A stretch of 64,000 nucleotides of DNA, taken from an uncultured Synergistales bacterium. GTDB taxonomy: Bacteria > Synergistota > Synergistia > Synergistales > Aminobacteriaceae. The notes under the pieces were generated by a model. That model was not told the origin of the DNA. It was given only the letters and a program-made list of their open reading frames with translations, and did not search any database. The DNA is taken from assembly GCA_905233725.1 (NCBI GenBank), contig CAJOEM010000001.1:2772-66771 (forward strand). Direction: 5' to 3'. The position numbers were made by a program, and so were the translations under genes. This document shows positions 1 to 8,272 of this stretch, piece by piece; within the stretch, counting starts at the first letter, position 1; the number at the start of each line of letters is the position of its first letter.

Positions 1-675
1 TTCTGCGACTTCTGATGGCGTGCCGGACAAGAATATTCCGCCATCGTGAATCAGGTACGTTCGGTCTGTTATCGATAGAGTTTCGCGTACGTTATGATCC
101 GTGATTAAGACGCCGTAATCCTGAGCTTTCAAATCGTGAATCATAGACTGAATATCTGCGACTGCGATTGGGTCAATGCCGCTGAATGGTTCGTCGAGTA
201 ATATAAACTTTGGCTTCATGGTCAGTGCTCTGGCAATTTCCACGCGACGACGTTCACCGCCCGAGAGTGAATAACCCTTTGTGTCGGCGATATGCGTTAT
301 CTTGAACTGTTCGAGCAAATTGTCAGTCAGGGCTTTAATCTCGGATTTCTTGCGCTTATTCTCCTGCCAGACGAGATCGATATTTTCGCGAACCGTCAAA
401 TTCCTGAATACCGAGGCTTCTTGCGGCAAATATCCAATCCCGGCACGCGCACGAGCATACACAGGAAGTTGCGTTATAACTGCGCTATCGATTCGAACTT
501 CACCCGAGTCAGGCTTAATTAATCCGACAATCATGTAAAACGACGTAGTTTTCCCGGCACCGTTTGGACCGAGTAATCCGACGACTTCACCGGTATTAAC
601 CTGAATGCTCACATTTGAGACGACCAGCCTCTTGTTATAACTTTTCCTGAGGTCATTTGCATAGAGCGAACTCAT
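1..675 (-). CDS. lptB: LPS export ABC transporter ATP-binding protein LptB. The C-terminal end runs off the left edge of the window, and the gene is absent from the supplied ORF track.
   Basis: My own reverse-strand translation from the ATG at 675 gives [58 protein letters not shown]... It has Walker [10 protein letters not shown], signature [15 protein letters not shown], Walker B FILLDEPF and H-loop ITDHN. Its start overlaps the stop of the upstream OstA-like gene (ATGA). Confidence 0.85.
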   Translation of the reverse strand, partial: MSSLYANDLRKSYNKRLVVSNVSIQVNTGEVVGLLGPNGAGKTTSFYMIVGLIKPDSGEVRIDSAVITQLPVYARARAGIGYLPQEASVFRNLTVRENIDLVWQENKRKKSEIKALTDNLLEQFKITHIADTKGYSLSGGERRRVEIARALTMKPKFILLDEPFSGIDPIAVADIQSMIHDLKAQDYGVLITDHNVRETLSITDRTYLIHDGGIFLSGTPSEVAE

Positions 676-1547
676 TTGGATTTTTTGCCGCCTTTTTCGC
701 GAGATAAATCGATCGTAATTTCTGCGCGTTCAGTAGTTGTCGAGCCGTCTTTTTTCTTGGAAACACCGCCCAGAGCCTCGACACGATTTTGTGCGGGGAA
801 ATACACGATAGAACTTGATCTCAAAGTACGTCCGCCTTGAACAGCTGTTACGTGACCGTTCACGACGACGCTGCCACGTTCGAGAGAATACACAGCACTA
901 TCGCCACGCAGAGTTACGGCTTGATCTTTAGCTTTGGGTTTGCCTTTGAGTAAAACGCGATTTTTCGCCGTCAAGTCATGAACGTTTCCCTGACGCATAA
1001 CTCCTTCGACTGAGTCCGCACTGAACGAAACGCCCTGTGATCTGTCCTCGAGATTTCGAACTTTCACGAGCCAGAATTTTGTCTGACGGTCTTGAGGTGT
1101 TGGTGAAGCAAATCCGCCCGTGCCTATCAAAGTCAATCTGTCAGCATCAAGGAGCATTGTTCCGATTGTGCCTTTGACGCCGTTCTGAAATTTGCATGTC
1201 GGGACATCGTTAAATGTTAGAGCTAATTTGCCAGCTGTGAAATTGATTTTTTCGCCCTGCCATTTGCCCGAAGCAGAGATTCCCTGGTCAAAATTTACTT
1301 CTCTGCGTTCGACGTTTCCCGAGCCTCTTGGAGCTGAGACTTTCAATTCGCCGGCAGTAATCGTGACGTTGCCATCCGCCAGAAAATCGCCGGTTTTGGA
1401 ATCAAATCGCATTCGATTCGCTGAGAGAGTTGCCTTGTCGGGTAAATCTTCGTTCGCATTCACTGCCGCAAAAATTTCGGGTTTACTTGCGAGTGATAAT
1501 ATTAATATCAACACTGCGAGAAATATTTTTTTCAAGTTACGCCACAC
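672..1547 (-). CDS. OstA/LptA-family periplasmic LPS-transport protein (291 aa, longer than classical LptA)
   Basis: Signal peptide ([27 protein letters not shown]). Repetitive beta-strand-rich sequence of OstA-like type ([29 protein letters not shown]...). Sits immediately upstream of lptB and is translationally coupled to it. Confidence 0.55.
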   Translation of the reverse strand: MWRNLKKIFLAVLILILSLASKPEIFAAVNANEDLPDKATLSANRMRFDSKTGDFLADGNVTITAGELKVSAPRGSGNVERREVNFDQGISASGKWQGEKINFTAGKLALTFNDVPTCKFQNGVKGTIGTMLLDADRLTLIGTGGFASPTPQDRQTKFWLVKVRNLEDRSQGVSFSADSVEGVMRQGNVHDLTAKNRVLLKGKPKAKDQAVTLRGDSAVYSLERGSVVVNGHVTAVQGGRTLRSSSIVYFPAQNRVEALGGVSKKKDGSTTTERAEITIDLSREKGGKKSK

Positions 1548-1713
1548 TCCTTCTCATGTAAATTAAATATTTAAGTAATCATAACATAAGTTTTTTTCGC
1601 GTGAAATGCAAATAATTCCAGAATCAAAAACAGCCCCCCAATTTTTTAAAATCAGAGAGCTGTTCTTGTGATTTATAATTATGATTTGTGTTTCGTGATT
1701 TGCGATTTATGAT

Positions 1714-3018
1714 TTACAGGTAAAGTCCTCTCATATCGACGACATCGGCAACGCGCTTGATTGCGTTCACGTAGGCTGAGCGTCTCATTGTGACTTTGTT
1801 TTCCTCGGCGTAATTCCAAACTTTGCAGAAATTGTTCTTGATTAAGTCAACGAGTCTTGTGTTGTACTCTTCCTCGGTCCAGGACCAACCCTGCAAGTTC
1901 TGCGCCCACTCGAAATATGATCCGATAACACCGCCGGAGTTCGCCAAAAAGTCCGGTACTAAAATCACGCCGTTGTCCGTCAAATATTCTTCTGCTTCAG
2001 GAGTTGTGGGACTGTTCGCGCCTTCAACAACGTATTTCGCTTTTAATTTCGGAGCTGAGTCCTTGTTGAGAACGCCCTGTAACGCACATGGGAAGAAGAA
2101 ATCTGCGTCTAATCCGATAATTTCATCACCAGGAATTTTCTCGCAATTCTCTTTCTCGAAGCCGCGCAATTTTCCGCCACGCTGAGCCGGGTTTGTGTTC
2201 ATGTACTCGAATGCTTTGTCGATGTTAATGCCGTTCGGGTTGTAGTAAGTTCCGGTTGTGTCACTGATTGCGACGATCTTCACGCCAGCCTGCTGCAAAA
2301 TCTGAGCCGTGTAACTTCCGACGTTTCCGAAGCCCTGAACTGTTGCCGTAATTTTCGATGGATCAAGTCCGCGAGCCTTCATGAGTTCGAGACCGCAAGT
2401 TGCTGCTCCACGGCCGGTTGCTTCAGTACGACCAATCGCTCCCCAGTAGCCGATCGGCTTACCTGTTAAGATTGCCGGTTCGAAATGTCCGAGCATTTTG
2501 CAAATCGTGTCCATAATCCAGACCATTTCCTGACCGCCCGTGTACATATCCGGTGCTGGAACGTCGCTCCATCTGCCAACGATCGGTGCGATTCTTGCGC
2601 CATAAGTTCTGGTCATGCGTTCGCGTTCTTTTTTTGAGAGTTTTGTTGAATCGCATTTGATTCCGCCTTTGCCGCCGCCGTAAGGAATGCCGCCGAGTGA
2701 ACATTTCCATGTCATCAACATTGCAAGACCTTCACACTCTGCGCCAGTAACGTCCATTGCGTAACGAATACCGCCCTTTGACGGTCCGAGAGCTGTGGAG
2801 TGTTGGACTCTGTAGCCTTTGAAAACCTGAACTGAGCCGTCGTCCATCTCAACTGGAACAGAAACGTCAATTCTGCGTTCAGCAAAACTGAGAATCGAGA
2901 CCAATTTCTCGTCAAGATGCATGTAATCCGCCGCGCTGTAAAAATCGCGCAATGCTGTGTCGAGCAACTCGTTATCTGACCTGCGTCTGCCGGTTCCTTC
3001 TTCGATTAAATCTGCCAT
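1714..3018 (-). CDS. gdhA: Glutamate dehydrogenase (Glu/Leu/Phe/Val dehydrogenase family)
   Basis: 434 aa. Catalytic Lys-region motif GGGKGG(IKCD), plus PSKGGIRY and a Rossmann motif VQGFGNVG. Confidence 0.9.
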   Translation of the reverse strand: MADLIEEGTGRRRSDNELLDTALRDFYSAADYMHLDEKLVSILSFAERRIDVSVPVEMDDGSVQVFKGYRVQHSTALGPSKGGIRYAMDVTGAECEGLAMLMTWKCSLGGIPYGGGKGGIKCDSTKLSKKERERMTRTYGARIAPIVGRWSDVPAPDMYTGGQEMVWIMDTICKMLGHFEPAILTGKPIGYWGAIGRTEATGRGAATCGLELMKARGLDPSKITATVQGFGNVGSYTAQILQQAGVKIVAISDTTGTYYNPNGINIDKAFEYMNTNPAQRGGKLRGFEKENCEKIPGDEIIGLDADFFFPCALQGVLNKDSAPKLKAKYVVEGANSPTTPEAEEYLTDNGVILVPDFLANSGGVIGSYFEWAQNLQGWSWTEEEYNTRLVDLIKNNFCKVWNYAEENKVTMRRSAYVNAIKRVADVVDMRGLYL

Positions 3019-3171
3019 AAAAAAACACCTACGATTATTTATTTGAATGTAAAATTTTCACACACTCGAATAATAGATTCTTGTGAATTGTCTAAATATT
3101 CGAATATGTTTTGCAATTTCGCGGGGAATTATATACGGGAAAATTCGTTTTGTCAAATCCTGTTTTGAAAT

Positions 3172-4179
3172 TTACGCATGAGTTTTCAGAGTTTTGAGTT
3201 CGTTCATGAGATTTTCGAGAATCGTTAGTGTGTCTGAATTTCCGGATTCGTTTTTCGAGAACATGTTATATAGCTTGTCTTTCTGTGAGCGCGTGAGAAT
3301 TTCTTCGAGGCTGATCAGGTCGTGGCGCAGATTTCGGACGCGTTGGCTTGTGTTTGAATCTGGATTCGGATTCGGGCTTGAGTTCGTGAATAATTCCGGG
3401 ATTTTCAAGGCAGCGGATTTTGCTGCGAGATTGTCGTGAAATTCTGGAGTTTGCGTGAGAATTTGTTTTGCCGATTCGAGAATTACTGGCAATTTGCACG
3501 AACTTCCGGTGAAGAATATTTTCTCGGGTGAATATTCGCTTTCCAAACGTCTGAGTGTGTGAAGGATTTTTCGAATCTGGAAGCGTATCAGGCGTTCAAA
3601 ATCATAGCGTGAGATTTTAGCGTGGCGGTAAATTACGTGTTCTGATTCTGAGAGAGCAATCTTGAGATTCTCGGCATCGTGTAAAACTGAGCTGTCAATC
3701 GAACTCAACAAGAATCTCTCACGCAGCCATTCAGCAAAAATTCTGTCGAACGAATCGCCGCTTAAATCCGGGAATAATATTTTCTCGTGAACATGATTAT
3801 CTTTCGCAACGATTGCCCGGGAATTTGCTTTGCCGATGTCGAATACTAACGCCGTTTTACACGCAATACTGGAAATTATCGCGTCGTCGGGGTCAATAAC
3901 TTTCACGCTGTCAAAACCCGAAGTCTTCGCACTGAGCAGAAATTTGTCACGTTCGAGTTTGTGTAGATTTTCTGAGAGAGACAGCACGCAAGAATCCACG
4001 AAATCGTTGAAGAATATCTCGCAGTTTTCGCGCAATTCGAGAAAGTTTTCGCACGCGCAAATAACTTCCGCACGAGAATTTTTCGGGTTCACGTACGCAG
4101 CTCTTAGCCTGAAATTCCCGGCATCAATTCCGATTGTCAGGTGTGTTAGGTGTGATAAATTCTGCTTCAAGTCTTGCAT
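3172..4179 (-). CDS. Degenerate Hsp70/actin-fold (ASKHA) ATPase-domain protein with no substrate-binding domain and a coiled-coil tail
   Basis: Remnants of Hsp70 nucleotide-binding-domain motifs occur in the correct order: IGIDAGN (phosphate-1), VFDIGKANSRAIV (phosphate-2, Gly loop lost), LSGDSFDRIFAEWL, ENLKIALSES, ISRYDFERLI, IFFTGSSCKLPVI. Last gene of the prmA-mtaB operon. Confidence 0.4.
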   Translation of the reverse strand: MQDLKQNLSHLTHLTIGIDAGNFRLRAAYVNPKNSRAEVICACENFLELRENCEIFFNDFVDSCVLSLSENLHKLERDKFLLSAKTSGFDSVKVIDPDDAIISSIACKTALVFDIGKANSRAIVAKDNHVHEKILFPDLSGDSFDRIFAEWLRERFLLSSIDSSVLHDAENLKIALSESEHVIYRHAKISRYDFERLIRFQIRKILHTLRRLESEYSPEKIFFTGSSCKLPVILESAKQILTQTPEFHDNLAAKSAALKIPELFTNSSPNPNPDSNTSQRVRNLRHDLISLEEILTRSQKDKLYNMFSKNESGNSDTLTILENLMNELKTLKTHA

Positions 4180-4486
4180 CTGAGAAAGTTTTCGTACTCA
4201 CAAATAATTTCCGCTTCACGACGAGAATTTTTCGGGTTCACGTGCGCAGCTCTTAGCCTGAAATTCCCGGCGTAAATTCCGATTGTCAGGTGTGTTAGGT
4301 GTGATAAATTCTGCTTCAAGTCTTGCATCTGAGAAAGTTTTCGTACTCACAAATAATTTCCGCACGAGAATTTTTCGTGTTCACGTGCGCAGCTCTTAAC
4401 CTGAAATTCCCGGCGTAAATTCCGATTGTCAGGTGTGTTAGGTGTGATAAATTCTGCTTCAAGTCTTGCATCTGAGAAAGTTTTCG
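4039..4486. repeat. Tandem triplication with units 4039-4181, 4182-4330 and 4331-4473 (143/149/143 bp). The unit is the 5' UTR plus the first ~45 codons of the Hsp70-like gene.
   Basis: The 13-mer gagaaagttttcg recurs at 4039, 4182, 4331 and 4474 and delimits near-identical units. The ATGCAAGACTTGAAGCAG start region (minus strand) recurs at 4179, 4328 and 4471. Confidence 0.92.
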
Positions 4487-5756
4487 CTCTGAGAGTGATT
4501 AGCTGATTACGTTCGAGATTTTGCGGGATACTGACTTCGATGTAATGCCGCGAGTGACCGATTGCGTAATTTGCCCCGGATTTCTCGACTAAAACTTCGA
4601 TTTCGCTGCCAAGAAAATTTCGCGCGTAATCCGTGAATAAATTTTTGCCAAGTTCGATTGCCTGATTTGTGCGGGAATTTTTTGTCTCGGGAGCGATTTG
4701 TCCGGGAAATTTTGCAGCGAGAGTTCCGTTTCTTGGCGAGTATGGGAACACGTGAACACGACCGAATTTTGCGGATTTCATGATTTGCAGCGTGTTCTGG
4801 AATGCGCGATCGTCTTCACCAGGGAATCCCACGAGAATGTCGCTTGATATGTGCAGATTTTCCCCGAGAAATTTCCGTGCGTTTTCGCATATTCTGAGAA
4901 ATTCGCCGGAATTATAGCCGCGCCGCATTGCTTCGAGAATTTTATCGTCGCCGCTCTGTAACGGCAGGTGAAGGTGTGGGCAGAAGATTTCGCACTCGGA
5001 TAATTTTCGCAGCAAGTTTTCGTCGAGTGAGAACGGTTCGAGAGACCCAAGTCTCAAACGCGCAAGATTTTTCACACGTGAGATTTTCGCGATTAGATTT
5101 GCAAGTGACGAGTTAATATCGCGCCCGTATAAACCCAAGTGTATTCCCGTCAGGATAATTTCACGGCAACCGTTGCTGATTAGGCGTTCGATTTCACGCA
5201 AAATATTTTCCTCGGGGCGGCTGATTGGCTTGCCTCTCAAGAACGGAATGATACAGTACGTGCAGAAATGATCGCAACCGTCCTGAATTTTCACAAACGC
5301 TCTCGAATGCAAAACCGGATAATTAATCGCGAGTTCTTCCCAGGAATTTTCCCGAGAGACTTTGCGCAAGTCACGAAATTCACGTTTCCCTGTCGAGAGC
5401 ATTCCAGCAATTTCGTTCGGAATGAAAATTTTCCCACGTGAGCCTGCGATAATATCAATCCCGAAATCCCCGAAATCCCCGAAATTTTCACGCTCAGCCC
5501 AACAGCCACACACAGCCAACACGCCGTCATCGCCCAAAATTCTGCGCGCACGTCGGATAATTTGCCGGCATTTCTTGTCAGCCTCGGACGTAACTGAGCA
5601 TGTAACGATTACTGCTGCCGATAAATTTTCAGCGTTGAAATCGTCCGTGATATTCGCGCCCATCAACGCAAGTTTGCCAGCGATAAATTCCCCTTCACAC
5701 AAACTCGAACGACAGCCAAGAACTTTCACGAGAATATTGCGATTTTCAAGAATCAT
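4347..5756 (-). CDS. mtaB: Radical-SAM methylthiotransferase, MtaB-like (tRNA t6A37 methylthiotransferase). Its C-terminal ~40 aa are encoded by repeat copy 3.
   Basis: UPF0004 N-domain (VLGCRSSLCEGE), radical-SAM motif CDHFCTYCIIP and a TRAM-like C-terminus. The prmA-mtaB synteny is as in Firmicutes dnaK operons. The tail ...KTFSDARLEAEFITPNTPDNRNLRREFQVKSCAREHEKFSCGNYL is read from the repeat in an alternative frame. Confidence 0.72.
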   Translation of the reverse strand: MILENRNILVKVLGCRSSLCEGEFIAGKLALMGANITDDFNAENLSAAVIVTCSVTSEADKKCRQIIRRARRILGDDGVLAVCGCWAERENFGDFGDFGIDIIAGSRGKIFIPNEIAGMLSTGKREFRDLRKVSRENSWEELAINYPVLHSRAFVKIQDGCDHFCTYCIIPFLRGKPISRPEENILREIERLISNGCREIILTGIHLGLYGRDINSSLANLIAKISRVKNLARLRLGSLEPFSLDENLLRKLSECEIFCPHLHLPLQSGDDKILEAMRRGYNSGEFLRICENARKFLGENLHISSDILVGFPGEDDRAFQNTLQIMKSAKFGRVHVFPYSPRNGTLAAKFPGQIAPETKNSRTNQAIELGKNLFTDYARNFLGSEIEVLVEKSGANYAIGHSRHYIEVSIPQNLERNQLITLRAKTFSDARLEAEFITPNTPDNRNLRREFQVKSCAREHEKFSCGNYL

Positions 5757-5757
5757 T

Positions 5758-6714
5758 CTAGCCCCAAGATCTAACAGCTCTGCAGCCCCACCAATCGCCG
5801 GATTTTAACTCGCGCTCGATTTCCAGACCGGACGAATTTAGCACCGAGACAAACGTAGCTTTTTCTACGACCGTCATTCCCGAGAATATTGCGTAACCTT
5901 TGGGTTTGAGAACTCCTGCAACATCTGGCAGCATTGCGATATTCGGCATTAATAATATATTCGCCGTGAGAATATTCGTTTTTTCTTTAACGCCTTTGAG
6001 CAAATCTCCCTCGGATAGATCACAGACGTTCGGACTGATGCCGTTCAGAGCCATATTGCGCCGTGCTTCGTCGAGTGTTGACGGGTCAATGTCGCGTGCG
6101 ATTGCGTGACCTGCTCCGAGTTTCAGAGCCGTGATGAATAATATTCCTGTTCCAGTTCCAACGTCGATGATAACGTCACCGAATTTTACGACGGGTTCGA
6201 GCAATTCCAGAGCGATTCGCGTGCTTTCATGATAGCCTGTGCCGAATGCGCTCGCCGGGAAAATATAAATCGGCATTCTGTCGCCCTGAATTTCTTTTGT
6301 TTCATGCCACGGTGCCATAACGACCAGAGACTTGCCAATATTCAACGGTGGAAATGCTTCGATATGCTGAGTGTCCCACGCGCGATTGTAAGTTTTGTAG
6401 CAGCGTGCGAGCTGGATTTTGCTGAAATCTGGTTCGTGCAGAATTTCGTCGAGCATGTAAGCTAACTCGTCAATTTCGACTGAGCTGTTGTACTCGGCTT
6501 TGAGAAATAATTTGCCTTTTGTTCCGGGTATTTCCTCGAAAAATATTTCTGAACCACGTGCGCCGGAAATTGCTGCAACGGTTGATAATCTTTCTTCGTC
6601 TTCAGAGCCGTTAATTCCTGGTACGATGCTAAATTCGACAGTCCACCAGTAATCGCGTTTTTCTTCTTTGGGTTTTGCGGCGTTTTTGTCATATTCAGTC
6701 AAGTAATCGCTCAT
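5758..6714 (-). CDS. prmA: Ribosomal protein L11 methyltransferase PrmA
   Basis: SAM motif VIDVGTGTGIL, plus GTGYHESTR, of the PrmA family. The ORF is open to 6786, but the internal ATG at 6714 (MSDYLTEYDK...) gives the usual length. Confidence 0.8.
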   Translation of the reverse strand: MSDYLTEYDKNAAKPKEEKRDYWWTVEFSIVPGINGSEDEERLSTVAAISGARGSEIFFEEIPGTKGKLFLKAEYNSSVEIDELAYMLDEILHEPDFSKIQLARCYKTYNRAWDTQHIEAFPPLNIGKSLVVMAPWHETKEIQGDRMPIYIFPASAFGTGYHESTRIALELLEPVVKFGDVIIDVGTGTGILFITALKLGAGHAIARDIDPSTLDEARRNMALNGISPNVCDLSEGDLLKGVKEKTNILTANILLMPNIAMLPDVAGVLKPKGYAIFSGMTVVEKATFVSVLNSSGLEIERELKSGDWWGCRAVRSWG

Positions 6715-6840
6715 TTGCGTAAACCAATCCTTTAAAAAAATATTTCGTTCTTGTTTGCTTAGAATTATACGCGAGAATTTCTGCACGTGTTATCATAAAC
6801 GTAATTTATCCAGATTTATTCAGGGAAGGAACTTGTAATT

Positions 6841-7647
6841 TTGCAGCATTATTTTGACGAGATAGTGAATATTATGGCGAGATTGCGCGCACCGGACGGT
6901 TGCCCTTGGGACAGGAAACAGACGTTCGAAACTTTGCGCACGCCGATTACAGAAGAAGCATACGAACTTGCGGACGCGATTACTGACGCAGTTGCGACGA
7001 AAAATTTCCAGCACGTTCAGGAAGAAGCTGGCGATTTGTTATTGCAGGTTGTATTCATTGCACAGCTTGCGAGTGAACAGGGATTGTTCGACATGAAAGA
7101 CATAGTCCGGGGAATTTGCGACAAATTAATTCGCCGTCACCCACACGTTTTCGGAGATGCCAGTGCGAATGACAGCGATGAAGTCCTGCGTAACTGGGAG
7201 AAAATCAAGACTCAGGAGCGAATCGCAAAACACGAGAACACTTCGATTTTATCCGGAATTCCAAACGGATTGCCGCCGCTGCTCAAAGCAAATCGCATTC
7301 AGGGAAAAGTTGCACACGTTGGCTTCGATTGGGAAGGTGAAGATTCTGCGCCATTGTTCGCGAAACTTGACGAGGAAATTTCTGAGTTGAAAGCTGCCGT
7401 TGCGGAAAATATTCCCGAACACATGTCCGATGAATTGGGCGATGTTTTGTTCATGACGGTGAATTTAGCGCGACGCTTGAAAATTGATCCGGACGCGGCG
7501 TTGTCGAGCGTGTGCGAAAAATTCAAGGCGAGATTCGCTCTGATGGAAAAATTCGCAGCTGAAGAGGGCAAGTCTATCTCGGATTATTCGCTCGCTGAAC
7601 TTGATGAATTCTGGGATCGTGCGAAGGAGATTTTGCGTAAGAATTAG
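6841..7647 (+). CDS. mazG: Nucleoside triphosphate pyrophosphohydrolase MazG
   Basis: 268 aa. Has the tandem MazG domains and the hallmark RLRAPDGCPWDRKQT, EEAYEL and ELGDVLF motifs. Confidence 0.85.
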   Translation: MQHYFDEIVNIMARLRAPDGCPWDRKQTFETLRTPITEEAYELADAITDAVATKNFQHVQEEAGDLLLQVVFIAQLASEQGLFDMKDIVRGICDKLIRRHPHVFGDASANDSDEVLRNWEKIKTQERIAKHENTSILSGIPNGLPPLLKANRIQGKVAHVGFDWEGEDSAPLFAKLDEEISELKAAVAENIPEHMSDELGDVLFMTVNLARRLKIDPDAALSSVCEKFKARFALMEKFAAEEGKSISDYSLAELDEFWDRAKEILRKN

Positions 7648-8270
7648 ATTCGCGATTCAAGATTAAAGCCAGAGATTTTGCCGTTGCGAATGGTAAAACT
7701 CAAGCTCGTGTTGTCGTCTGCGCGGTAAATATATTTCTCGTTATTGCGCCTGTCAGGTTTGCCGAGAAAATTCGTGAGTGTTGTTATCGAGTCGCCAATT
7801 CTCAGAGCTTTCGCCATGATGTCGCCTTTCGAGATTCTGAGACTCGTCAGCCAGCCGGATTTGAATTTCGCGTTCGGATTGTTTGCGTGATTCTGGTTCA
7901 GGTGCAGCAATAATTTCATGATATTTTCCTGCAATCGTTCGTCGTCGTAAAGCGGCGTGATGAAATTCCCGAATACCCAGGCAGTTTCGACTTTCTCGGA
8001 ATCATCTACGCTATCGTTCGTGAAATTTTTCAGTGACATGTCGATTTCGTACCAGGATTCGCCGTCGATTGAAGTTTGGCTGAGAATTATCACACGTTCT
8101 GAGCCGTCCAATCGCCCGACTACACGTGTTGAATTTGAAGTGTCCGGGTCTTCGCGTATTCTGACGTTTGTAGCCGTGCAGATGCCGAATGCCGGGAAAT
8201 TTGTGAAGCTGGCGAATGCGCTGTTGCTCGTGAGAAATATTCCTGCGAGAATTAATGCGAGTTTTTTCAT
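7644..8270 (-). CDS. Secreted protein with an N-terminal bacterial SH3-like domain
   Basis: Signal peptide MKKLALILAGIFLTSNSAFA. SH3b-like stretch ATNVRIREDPDTSNSTRVVGRLDGSERVIILSQTSIDGESWYEI. Confidence 0.4.
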   Translation of the reverse strand: MKKLALILAGIFLTSNSAFASFTNFPAFGICTATNVRIREDPDTSNSTRVVGRLDGSERVIILSQTSIDGESWYEIDMSLKNFTNDSVDDSEKVETAWVFGNFITPLYDDERLQENIMKLLLHLNQNHANNPNAKFKSGWLTSLRISKGDIMAKALRIGDSITTLTNFLGKPDRRNNEKYIYRADDNTSLSFTIRNGKISGFNLESRI

Positions 8271-8272
8271 GG

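Noticed and set aside
4039-4486. Possible CRISPR array or REP-type intergenic repeat
   Set aside because: The units are contiguous, with no unique spacers, and are ~145 bp long. They are demonstrably copies of a gene's 5' end, so this is a segmental tandem duplication, not a CRISPR array.
5461-5487. Short in-frame 9-12-bp tandem repeats within coding sequences (GDFGDFG in mtaB at 5461-5487, PDSNPDSN at 46441-46470, EEAEEAEE at 55207-55233)
   Set aside because: They have only 2-3 copies with unit lengths divisible by three. They would cause length polymorphism only, not ON/OFF switching.
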